Shown one piece after another: positions 28,466 to 39,494 of a stretch of 64,000 nucleotides of DNA; position 1 is the stretch's first letter, and each line of letters opens with the position of its first letter. Made by a program: the position numbers and the translations under genes. The stretch covers positions 1,920,001 to 1,984,000 of the forward strand of contig CM000155.2 in the NCBI GenBank assembly GCA_000004695.1, given 5' to 3'. The notes beneath the pieces are model-generated. The model did no database searches. It saw nothing but the letters and a program-made list of their open reading frames with translations, and had not been told where the DNA came from. This stretch comes from Dictyostelium discoideum. Lineage: Eukaryota.

Positions 28466-28922
28466 CTCTTCAGAGAAAATATAATCACCACCCAAATATA
28501 AGGAAGCTATGCTTGTAAAAAAATAAAAAAAAAAAAAAAAAAAAAAGTTATCCATATTCAATTTAAAAAAAAAAAATAAAAAATAAAAAAATAAAAATTA
28601 CCCTTTTGGTTTTAACACATTCCATTTTATGACAAGTAATTGAAGTTTTTTTTTATTTTTTATTTTTATTGTAATAGATTTCAAAGTGATTACAATTGAT
28701 CAACAATTTCAATTTATTCTAATTTGATTTATTAAATAGTATAATAACATTATATTTTTAAAACATACTTTTTAATTCAAATAATAAAAATAAATTAATT
28801 AGTTTTTTTTTTATTTAATATATATTATTATAAGAATAATCCAATAAAATAATATCATGTATAAATAAATCAATTTTTTAAAATTTAGTATATGACTAAA
28901 AAAAATATTTTTTAATTTAATT

Positions 28923-29048
28923 ATTGTGAAAAACATTCAAGTTTGAGCACTTTTCAAAATTTGAAAATTATACATAATTTTATATGGGCTCCCATATAAA
29001 AATATTTTAAATTACAAAAAGTGCACAAATTTGAATGGTTTTCACAAT
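28923..29048. repeat. Imperfect inverted repeat. The 33-bp arms are 29 of 33 complementary, with a 60-bp spacer that contains a perfect palindrome TATATGGGCTCCCATATA.
   Basis: Arm 1 at 28923..28955 is ATTGTGAAAAACATTCAAGTTTGAGCACTTTTC. Arm 2 at 29016..29048 is AAAAAGTGCACAAATTTGAATGGTTTTCACAAT. The inner palindrome is at 28981..28998. Confidence 0.7.
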
Positions 29049-29202
29049 AAAAATAAAAAAAAAATTGAAAAAAAAATTATTTTTAAAAAAAATAAAATAT
29101 AAAAAATAAAAAATAAAAAAAAAAAATAAAAAAAATTAAAAAAAAAATGAAAAAGTTAAAAATTGAGAAAAATAATTTATTTCGGTCATTTTCGAATTTG
29201 AA

Positions 29203-29591
29203 ATGGAATCAGTAGAAACCACCACTCCCTCTAATTCAGAGATAAAATCTGTTGAAACTATTGTAGAGGAACAAAAAGTAAATGAAACCAATACAACATT
29301 AAACGCAGAAGTTGTTGAAACACCAACAAAAACTGAAGAAAAATCAAAAACCGAAATAACCAATGAAAATAAAGAAAGAAGTAGAGGATTAGAAGCTAAA
29401 ATTAAACCAGAATTTGTTTTACCTTTTAAAAAAATTGAAAAAGTTGAAGTTGATAAAGCTGCTAAAAAAAAAGAATTTAGAAATCAATTAAGAGAATCAA
29501 TGAATGATAAAGTAAGTAAAAAATAATAAAAAAATAATAATAATATATAATATATAATAATAATATATCATAATATAATTTTAATATTTAT

Positions 29592-29633
<42 letters not shown>

Positions 29634-31338
29634 ATGTCCAAAGATTAGTAAAGGATTAGTATGTGAATTTAATGAAACATGTAAATTTAGTCATGATGTT
29701 GAAAAATATTTAGCAAGTAAACCAAAATCAATTGGAATTTGTCAAAACTTTCAAACCTATGGAGAATGTAAATATGGATTAAATTGTTACTTTGGAGAAT
29801 GTCATATCGTTGATAATAAAACCATTGTAAACAAAGAATTAATTGGTAAAGTTGAACCAGTAAAAACTTTAAATGAAGTTTCAAATGAAATTCAAATTCA
29901 ATTAAAAACTAATAATTATCCATTCCCAAAGAGTGAAATTTATTTTAATGAAAATGGTATTTCTGTTAGACAAATTAAAGGTAGAAATAATAATAATAAT
30001 AAAAATAATAATAAACAAAATGATAATAAAAGAAAAGAAAATGAAAAAGATGATGATGATGATAAATTAAATAAAAAAATTAAGTTAGAAAATGAAAATA
30101 CTACAACAACAACTACTACTACTACTACTACAACAACTGAAACAACAGAAAAAACAGAAAAAACAGAAAAAACAGAAAAAACAGAAACAACAGAAACAAA
30201 AAAAGAAGAATTTAAACAAAGCAATGAAAATACAGAAATTGATATAATGACACCATTAAAAGCAAATGAGAAGAAAAGAATTAATTTTGAAAATCAATTA
30301 ATTTTAGCACCATTAACAACAGTTGGTAATTTACCATTTAGAAGAATTTGTAAGAGATTAGGTGCAGATATTACAATTGGTGAGATGGCATTAACAACCA
30401 AATTATTGGAAGGTACAAAATCAGAATTAGCATTATTAAAGAGACATCCATGTGAAGATAAATTTGGTGTTCAAATTTGTGGATCCTATGTTGACGCAGC
30501 TGTTAAATGTGCAGAGTTTATTGAGAATGAAATCGATGCTGATTTCGTTGATATTAATTCAGGTTGTCCAATTGATTTAGTTTGTAATATGGGTGCAGGT
30601 GCAGCATTAATGGAGAGACCTAAAAAGGTTGAACAATTGCTTAGAGGTATTTCAAGTAGTTTGTCATGTCCAACCACAATTAAAATAAGAATTGGTAAAT
30701 CAGAGGATGCCCCAACCGCTCATAAATTAATTCCATCACTTGGTGAATGGGGTGCTTGTGCAGTCACTTTACATGGTCGTAGTAGAGCACAAAGATATAG
30801 TCGTCTTGCAAATTGGGATTATGTTAAACAATGTTCAGAGGTTTCTTCAATTCCTTTGATTGGTAATGGCGACATTTACAACTATCAAGATGTTGTAAAC
30901 ATTTACGATAGTTCAAAGGTCTCCTCAATCATGATTGCCAGAGGTGCACTCATTAAACCTTGGATTTTCACAGAAATTAAAGAAAAGAGAGAATGGGATA
31001 TCTCTGCCTCTGAAAGATTGGATTTCATTCGTGACTTTGCAAATTATGGTTTAGATCATTGGGGTTCCGATAGAATCGGTGTTGATAATACTAGAAAATT
31101 CCTTTTAAATTGGTTATCTTTCTCTCATCGTTATATTCCAGTTGGTTTATTAGATAAAGTTCACTATATGAATGAAAGACCTCCAGCTTATTTCGGTCGT
31201 TCAGATTTAGAAACTTTATTAGCTTCCACTCAAGTTAAAGATTGGATTAAAATTACTGAAATGTTTTTAGGTCCTGTAACTTCTGATTATAGTTTTGTAC
31301 CAAAGCATAATTCAAATTCTTATGAATCTCAAGGTTAA
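29203..31338 (+). CDS. tRNA-dihydrouridine synthase 3 (DUS3/DUS3L) homolog with tandem CCCH zinc fingers. Exons are 29203..29511 and 29632..31338.
   Basis: [21 protein letters not shown] and [23 protein letters not shown] are two CCCH fingers. [30 protein letters not shown]...VDINSGCP...[17 protein letters not shown] is the DUS catalytic domain. The GTAAGT donor at 29512 and an A-rich acceptor at 29631 join in phase 0. An internal (GAAAAAACA)4 repeat encodes [12 protein letters not shown]. Confidence 0.85.
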
Positions 31339-31724
31339 ATAATAAAAAAAAAAAAAAATTAAAAAAAAAAAAAATTAAAAAAAATAGATAATATATTTTT
31401 ATTTTTTATTTTTTTATTTTTATTTATTTATATTAAATATAAAATTTATTTGATTACTGTTAATGAAATCTGTAAAGACTTATCAAAAATGAAAAAAATA
31501 GAGTTATAAAAAATATAAAGATTTAATGTGATTGTCAATTACAGGTAATAAAGAATCATAACTAAATGAGAATTTGAAGAAAATAGGTGGAAAGATGGAA
31601 TTACAAATCCTTAAATACCCAATTTTACATTGAGAGATGGTGGCTTTAAAAATAATCCAAAATTTGAGATTTTTTTAACAACACCACCCAATCATTAATA
31701 TTATTTTTAAAAATTTTAATTTTG

Positions 31725-31760
<36 letters not shown>

Positions 31761-31941
31761 ATATATTTCATTTTTAATTTATAAATTTTGTTTTTCATTG
31801 AATATTAGTGAGTATTTTAAATTAATATATATATATATATATATTTTTTTTTTATATTACACCTAAAACTAATTTTATTGAAACCACTTTCTTTTTTAAA
31901 ATATATAGAATCAGCAAAAGAATAAATGTCATGGATGAAGA

Positions 31942-32187
31942 TTATTGCTCAAATTGGTCATTTTGGTTTAACTGAGTTGGGGCTTTAATTTCAATTGGAA
32001 CTATTTTATTGTATTCTTGATTCGATTCAATGACAGATGTATCGACTTTAATCTCATCAGTTATTGCATATGATTGGAAATCACCATTGCAATCAATTCT
32101 TTGACCAATTCCAATTGGACTGAATTTAATATTTGGTGTTTTTTTTAAAAAACTCTGAATGCAAACTTTGGTTACCAATTGTAACAA
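31942..32187 (-). CDS. Possible exon or small ORF (81 codons) of non-repetitive composition. There is no in-frame ATG, so it may be part of an unresolved spliced gene.
   Basis: The open frame reads ...KFSPIGIGQRIDCNGDFQSYAITDEIKVDTSVIESNQEYNKIVPIEIKAPTQLNQNDQFEQ*. Composition is much less AT-biased than the flanks. Confidence 0.2.
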   Translation of the reverse strand: MLQLVTKVCIQSFLKKTPNIKFSPIGIGQRIDCNGDFQSYAITDEIKVDTSVIESNQEYNKIVPIEIKAPTQLNQNDQFEQ

Positions 32188-32595
32188 AATGAATTCATTT
32201 CCTCCAAATATTTATTTTGCCCACTAACTTATCTTTTTTTAAAAAAGCAATAAAATAAAAACAATGGAAATAAAAATAAAAAAAAAAAAAAAATAAAAAA
32301 TGCATTTTTCTATTTTCGCATAAAAAAATATAAATATTTTAATTTGTATATAGAAAAAAAAAAATTCCAAATCCACAAATTAAAATATTTATATTTTTTT
32401 TTTTTTTGTATTATAATTCCTCATTTAAAAAATAATTTGGTTTAATTTTATTTTGACTTTTCCTTTTTTTTTTTTTTTTTTTTTTTTTGATTTTTTTTTT
32501 TTTTTTTGATTTTTTTTTTTTTTTTAATTTTTTATTTTAATTTTATTTTTTTTTTGTATAAAAAACAATAATTAAAAAAACTAAAATTAAAAGCA

Positions 32596-33348
32596 ATGAG
32601 TTCAGAAAAATCAACATCAATTGAAAAATTAACCAAATATTATAGTTTACAAGTTGTTTCACAAGAAAGATTATATAATTTTTTACCAAAGATTAATATT
32701 TTAGGATCAGATAAAGTTTGTTGTGATTTCATTCATTCATTAATTGATCAAATATGTGGTAAAATCATTTCATTCGATAGATTTATAAATGATGAAAATC
32801 AAAGAATAATATATCAACTTATTAGAGTTTACACTTTATTTATAAATAAAGTTGTTGGTAAAGATTTAAAAAAAGAATTTGTAAGTGTTTCAATCAATCA
32901 ATCAACCACAATTCCATAATATTAATAATATTAATCAACTATTATTATTTATTATTTATTATTTATTATTTATTATTTATTATTTATTATTTATTATTTT
33001 TAAAAAAAAAAAAAGATTTGTGAAGATTTAAAAACATCAAATGTAGATAATATATATATTACAGCTATTTCAGATTGTATTATTTCAAGATTCCAAGATA
33101 TTAAAAAAGAATTAACAGAAAAATTATCAACCATTAGTTCATCATCATTAAGTGATTTCGATTGGAAAATGAATGCAATCCTATCAAGTGATAGAATTAA
33201 TATTGTACAAGAAAATGTTTTATTATTAAATCTTACAATCGAAACAAATATAAATGATAAAAAAGAACAAGTTTTAATTGAATTATCAAAAAAAGAATTG
33301 GATCATATTTTAGAAACTTTTGATCAAATTAATGAAGTAAGTTTTTAA
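32596..33348 (+). CDS. COMM domain-containing (COMMD-family) protein. Exons are 32596..32880 and 33016..33348. Alternatively a further donor GTAAGT at 33337 gives one more exon.
   Basis: The C-terminal LSDFDWKMNAILSSDRINIVQENVLLLNLTI...VLIELSKKELDHILETFDQINE is a textbook COMM domain (DFDW+v.lsS..l.....P.l.l.l...........el....l..ll..L). GTAAGT donor is at 32881. A (TTATTTA)n heptamer repeat lies in the intron at 32930..32998. Confidence 0.7.
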
Positions 33349-33370
33349 TTTAATTTTGGATGCAAATGTT

Positions 33371-33407
<37 letters not shown>

Positions 33408-33537
33408 CCTATGTTTATTAATATTTTTTTCTTTTTTTTTTTTTGGGGAATTCAATCATTAAAAGTTTAATTAAAAAAAAAATAAAAAAATAAAAAATAA
33501 AATAATAATAAAAAAAAAAAAAATCTAAAAGATATTG

Positions 33538-33586
<49 letters not shown>

Positions 33587-33633
33587 ATATTCTATTTTCA
33601 TACTTATGAATTATTTTATTTTTATTTTTAAAT

Positions 33634-34436
33634 TTACAATGATGGTACAAGATTTGTTACTTCTTGTAAAAACTTTTTAGATTCTACTTTACTATTTGGT
33701 TTATAAAATGGATTGCTTGTTGTATTTATAAATAATGTTTGTAATCTCTTAAAAAACTAAAAAAAAAAAATAATATATAATTAGTATTTTTGAAAATAAT
33801 AAATTGAAATTGGAAATAATAAAGAAATTAAATGTATTGATAATAGGACTTTTTAAAAAACTTACTAATTTTAAATCAGAATCTTTAATATCTGATGTAT
33901 CTAAAACTACAATAATGAACTTAATTTTTGTGTTTGTTAAATATCCATATCTAGAGATAATAAATAGTATTTTTTTTTTTTTTTTTTTTAATTTTAATAA
34001 TTGTTAGTTTTGTACAAAGTTTAAAATATTTATAATATATTTTATTCATACACTTTATAATCTTCAGTTGGGTATAATAAACCTAAATACATATCACTTG
34101 GTAACTTTTTGTTTGAACCAGCTAAATGAAAAAAACAAAAAAAAAAAGATGGGATTAGTATGAATGAAAACAAGAAAAAAAAAAGATTCATTGAATTACC
34201 TACGTTTATCCTCTATAATATCTAATGAACAATGAACGATATAGTGTAATTTTAATTTATTTTCATCAGTTATACTTGATGAAAAATCTTGAATAAATAA
34301 TGGGTTATTCTATTTAAATAATAAACTATTAATAAATAAATAAAAAAAATAAAATAAAAACAGAATAAGTGTTGGTTTAATTATCTTTTTTACTTACTCC
34401 CTTTCCAACGATTGCGACACAAACAATTTTCTTCAT
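33634..34436 (-). CDS. TRAPPC2 (sedlin) homolog. It has 5 exons, 34436..34398, 34309..34204, 34121..34052, 33950..33866 and 33756..33634, giving 140 aa.
   Basis: The spliced product is MKKIVCVAIVGKG|NNPLFIQDF...HYIVHCSLDIIEDK|PGSNKKLPSDMYLGLLYPTEDYK|VYGYLTNTKIKFIIVVLDTSDIKDSDLKL|FFKRLQTLFINTTSNPFYKPNSKVESKKFLQEVTNLVPSL*. It aligns end-to-end with human sedlin (140 aa; FYFVIVGHHDNP...AHAALDLVDENMW...[52 protein letters not shown]). Donors are GTAAGT, GTAGGT, GTATGA and GTAAGT. All intron phases are consistent. Confidence 0.85.
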
Positions 34437-34518
34437 TTTGAGACGTATACTTTTGATGTGTTAATTAAAAAAAAAGAAAAAAAATTAAATAAAAAAAAGA
34501 TTTTTTCATTTTATTTTT

Positions 34519-34553
<35 letters not shown>

Positions 34554-35559
34554 CATTTTTTTTTTTTTTTTTTTTTTTAAACAATTAGTTTTATTTATTT
34601 TTAGTATGAATTTAGTTTATAAAAAAAGAGCACCCAAAAATACACAAAATCACATAAATTAGATTGGTTTTTTTTAATATTGCAGATATGTTTTACTTGT
34701 GCAACAGTTTCAAATGATAATGCCATTAAAATTTGGAATTTAAATCCAAATCAATAACAACATCAATAACAGTCGTACTACAACAATAATACTAACAGCA
34801 ATGAATAAATGTGGTACACTAGTTGAAACCAGCGTTAATAGTTCATTAAAGATTTGCTCAAAATTATTTAATTTTGGTGGTTAGTATGCTTTATTAAGCA
34901 GCGCTTGTTATAGTAGAATTGTAATGTTGTGGTGGATTTAGATGTTCATGGATCCAAAGTGGTGGTGATGATAATTTCTTTTTCATTTCAACTCATTTAT
35001 GTGCTGATGAAAAGCATTACTTTTATCCTGGTGGTATCGATGTCAGGATGTTGGTGAAACTTGTCATTTCTCTGATCAATTCAATTTCATATTCTTCATT
35101 ACTATCTACAAATACAACAACTATTACTACCTATACCTGAACAACAAATTCAAATAAAAAAAAAAAAAGAATAAAAAAGAAAAAAATGATCTTAGGATTT
35201 TTTTAAATTAAAAAATATTAAAATTTATTTTTATTTTTATTAAGTTTTGATCAAAACAGAATTAATTTAGTTTTAAAAAAAAAAAAAAAAAAAAAAATAT
35301 AAATTGTAAATAAATATTTAAATTCAAGTCAAAAATATTTTTTTTTATATAAAATTTATCCCCACTCGTTGTTCTTCAAAATAAAAAAATAATTACAAAA
35401 AATGAATGATAAATAATTAAATTCTAAAAATAAGGATTCTCATATTAGAACTATCACATTCAATTTTTTATGTTTTTATAAATAGAAATTTTTTTTATTT
35501 TTTTATTTTTTATTTTATTTTATTTTTTTTTTTTTTTTATTCGCCTTTTTTTTCGTTTT

Positions 35560-35590
<31 letters not shown>

Positions 35591-35630
35591 GAAATTAATA
35601 AACTATTTTCAGAACTAAAAAGAAAACAGA

Positions 35631-36688
35631 ATGGAAGCATTTCAAAAGATTCACCCATTAGAATTTTATAGAAAATATTTAGTTAGATCAGTTAGACCAG
35701 ATGGTAGATCTTTAGACGATATAAGAAAGACAACAATTTCAACAGGTTCAATAACCACAGCAGATGGTTCATCATTTGTAAAAATTGGTAGTACATCAGT
35801 AGTTTGTGGTGTTAGAGCCGAAGTTGGTGAAAAACCGTCAATTGATAAATCAAAATTTTCAACATTAAATGTTCATGAAAATAAAAATATATGTAAGTCT
35901 TTGATTATTAATTTTTTTTTTTTAAATTTTTAATATTAATATATTTAAATAATAATAATATTATAATAATAAATAAATAAATAAAGTTATAAATATAGAA
36001 TTAGGACCAATTTGTTCAAATACATTTTCATCAAGTAAACCTTCAGATATAGCAATGTCATTATGCTCAAGATTAAATTCACTTATAAATCGTTTAGAGA
36101 TACCAGAAACAGATTATTACTTTGATGAAGAAGGTAAAGCATTATGGTATTTATATGTAGATGTTTATTGTTTAGATTATGATGGAAATATATATGATGC
36201 TGCTGTACTTTCAATAATATCAGCTCTTAAAAATGGTAAATTATAAATTATAAATTATATAATTATTAAGGTATTTTTATAAAAATTCTATTACTAATAT
36301 TTATTATTAATTATTAGTAAAATTACCAAAAGGAATTATTGAGAATAATGATGAATTTTATAAAGATTTAGAATCACCACAACGTAAATTAAATATTCAA
36401 CATTATTTAATCCCATTATCATTTTCAGTAATTGATGACTATATACTAGCAGATCCATCATTAGATGAAGAGAAATTATCATCAGGTACAATTAATATTA
36501 CATATAATGAATTAAATGAAATTTGTTTATTACTTTCAAGTGGAACAAGTTTAATATCAAAAACAAATTTAAAAACTTGTATGGAAAAAGCAAAAGAAAG
36601 ATCTACTTTCATTATAGATTTAATAAATAATAGTAATAATAATGATAATAATAATAATAATAATAATAATGTAGAAATGAAAGAATAA
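35631..36688 (+). CDS. Exosome component EXOSC8/Rrp43 (RNase PH-like) homolog. Exons are 35631..35892, 35987..36235 and 36318..36688.
   Basis: MEAFQKIHPLEFYRKYLVRSVRPDGRSLDDIRKTTISTGSITTADGSSFVKIGSTSVVCGVRAE matches human EXOSC8 ([58 protein letters not shown]). [36 protein letters not shown] matches [36 protein letters not shown]. Donor T|GTAAGT gives split codon T|TT, and donor G|GTAAAT gives G|TA. Confidence 0.85.
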
Positions 36689-36744
36689 TAATAAATTAAA
36701 TTTTTTTTTAACATGAATTTTTTAATTTTATTTATTTAATTTAT

Positions 36745-37413
36745 TTATTTCCATTTTATTTTTGAATTTGATAAAGATTCATCTAAAGATTGAATTATTG
36801 GATGGTTAATACCTAAATTTTGTTGAATTTTAATTCTAAATTGTTGAACTTTCTTTAATTGTCTCATTGAGATTAAAGATTCTAAAGCTACTTGATAGAT
36901 GTTATATTGGATTGAACATTCATAACGACGTTGATCATCTTGAATCATACGTGCGCATTGTTCAATGAGATCCAATGGCGCCATATTTATTGTTAAGATT
37001 TCAACGAATGCTTCAATTGGTATATCAGATACAAATGATTTTGTAAAAATGCCTTTCTTCTTTGGTAGTATACTATTAATGTATTGCCAATCTTGTAATC
37101 TTGATCTACTAGTGAGTTGATTGTAAAGATAGATTTTATTTGAAACTTTATAATTCTCTTTATAACTTATTGGTGACGATAATTTATCTTTTGGTGCACT
37201 TGGATGATAAACTAAACAATAATAAATTGTATCACTAACTGATTTACCAATTAATGTAGTTGGTCTTGGTACTCTTTGAAATATTGGATCACCCTTTAAA
37301 GCTAATTCACTATCAAATTGTTCAATTTTAATTTGTCTATCTAATACTGATAAATAAGTTTCAACTTGTTTTAAATAAATATCTAAATTATTATTATTAA
37401 TACTATTACCAGT

Positions 37414-37444
<31 letters not shown>

Positions 37445-37863
37445 CCAAAATTTACACACCATTGATTTAATAATATTACTTTTCTATTTAAATCTTTTTC
37501 TTGAATTGCCATATATAGATTAATATAGATTTCTTCATTTCTTTGATTATTTTGTTTTTGTAAAGTTATTACATCATTAAATTTACCAATTCTTCTTAAA
37601 TAACCTAAAAACATATCATATAAACCAAATTTATTACTATCACTAATTGAATTTATAACCTCAAAGAATAATCTTGTATTTAAACTATTGTATAAATAAT
37701 GCATAACCATTAAACTTGCATCCATATCCATTGATATTACTGATTGTCTAAGTATTTCTTTTTTTTCCTTTATAGTTTTATAATTTGTTAATTTCCTTAA
37801 CTCTTGATTTAAATTAAATGATTTAAAACTTGATAATTGTTCTGAATTATTTGAATTATTTGA

Positions 37864-37922
<59 letters not shown>

Positions 37923-38192
37923 ATTGATTTTTTTGATTTTCATCTTCTTGTTGTGATGAAGAAGATTGTTGTAAAATGTTTTTATGTTTATTTATAAATT
38001 TATTTGTATTTTTTAATTCTTCATTCTCTTCTAATAATTTCAAAAATTTTGTATTCAATTGATCTAATGATAATTGTAATGATTCTTTTTCTTGTATAAC
38101 TTTCATCATATTAGATCTATAAGTATTTTCTTTAGATTCAAACTCTTTATTCATTTGAATTTTTACATTTCTAATTAAATTATCAGCATCAA

Positions 38193-38286
<94 letters not shown>

Positions 38287-38616
38287 TTGAGTTACCAAAG
38301 ATGTCACTGCTGCTGTTGTTGTTGTTGTCGTTGCTTTTGTTGAGTTTTTAAGTGTTTGTTGCTGTTGTTGTTGTTGTTGTTTTTGTTGTGGTTGTTGTTG
38401 TGGAGGTGGTGGTAAAGGTTTTTTAGTTATTGGGGTTGGTTTTGTATCTTGTAAAAATGGATTCAAATCATCATCATTCTTACTTGGATTGGATTCTTTA
38501 TTGTTACAAGAAGATGTGGATGTATTTAAGAATGGGTTTAATTCCTCTTCTGATTTATTATTTATACTAGAGTTTTGCATTAAAAATGGATTTAATTCAT
38601 CTTCATTTTTAAGTGT

Positions 38617-38690
<74 letters not shown>

Positions 38691-38906
38691 GCTGGAGTTG
38701 ATTGTTATTTGAGGTTTGTTTTGATAAAAATGGGTTTAAATAGTCATCTTCACCTACTAAATGTTGTTTTGTATTATTACTAATAGGTATTGGAGGTAAC
38801 TTCTTATTCGATATATCATCGTTTGATGTTAAAAATGGGTTATCATCACTTGAAAAATTATTATTATTATTGTTATTTGTTAAAGGAGTTACAGGTAGTG
38901 ATTTTC

Positions 38907-38993
<87 letters not shown>

Positions 38994-39099
38994 TATTATT
39001 TTTGTTATTATTAGAAAGTGGATCAGTTATTAAATTGGCCCCATCTACTATTTTGTTGTTTGATGGTAAATCAAATGGGTTATCTTCAAAAGGGTTCAT
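36745..39099 (-). CDS. Hypothetical 784-aa protein with at least 6 N-terminal NPF motifs (EH-domain ligand type), long poly-Asn/poly-Gln tracts, a coiled-coil-like middle and a structured C-terminal region.
   Basis: A single ORF from ATG. It contains NPFEDNPFD, NPFLTSND, NPFLSKQ, NPFLMQN, NPFLNTST and NPFLQDT. (CAA)n at 38614..38690 encodes ~26 Gln. The C-terminus (...DMFLGYLRRIGKFNDVITLQKQ...LNQWCVNFGKQ...EAFVEILTINMAPLDLIEQCARMI...) has non-repetitive composition. Confidence 0.6.
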
Positions 39100-39384
39100 T
39101 GTGGTATATCAACTTTCGACTTTACAAAAAAATAAAAAAAATAAAAAAATAAAAAAAAAAACAAAAACACAATAAAAAAAAAAAATTAAAAAAAATAAAA
39201 AAAAAAAAATTTAAAAATAATCAATTTCCCATTTTTCCAAGATTTATTATTTTTGTTAAGAATAAATAAAGACAGACTGGAAAAATAAATATATTTTTTT
39301 TTTAAATTTTTTTTTAATTTTATTTATTTACTATTTTATTTTATTATTTAAAAAATATTATTTTTTTTATTATATTATTTGGTT

Positions 39385-39453
<69 letters not shown>

Positions 39454-39494
39454 ATAATTATTTAATTTTTTAATTTTTTAATTTTTTTAATTTT

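Noticed and set aside
7100-28700. tRNA-targeted retrotransposons (TRE5/TRE3/DGLT-A-like) expected near the two tRNA genes
   Set aside because: There are no reverse-transcriptase, integrase or transposase-like ORFs, and no long non-AT-rich insertions within ~1 kb of either tRNA. Only small remnants (the half-tRNA and the inverted repeat) are present.
29940-30677. Minus-strand ORFs 29940..30224 and 30486..30677, and 29136..29363 and 29687..29884
   Set aside because: They are antisense to the well-supported DUS3 coding region and have low complexity (poly-Val or poly-Ser from the antisense of the TEK/T-rich repeats).
33804-34007. 67-aa plus-strand ORF
   Set aside because: It lies antisense across TRAPPC2 exons and introns, and its composition is dominated by an intronic poly-T.
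38489-39175. Plus-strand ORFs with poly-Cys, poly-Tyr and poly-Leu
   Set aside because: They are antisense to the CAA/AAT repeats of the NPF-repeat gene on the minus strand.
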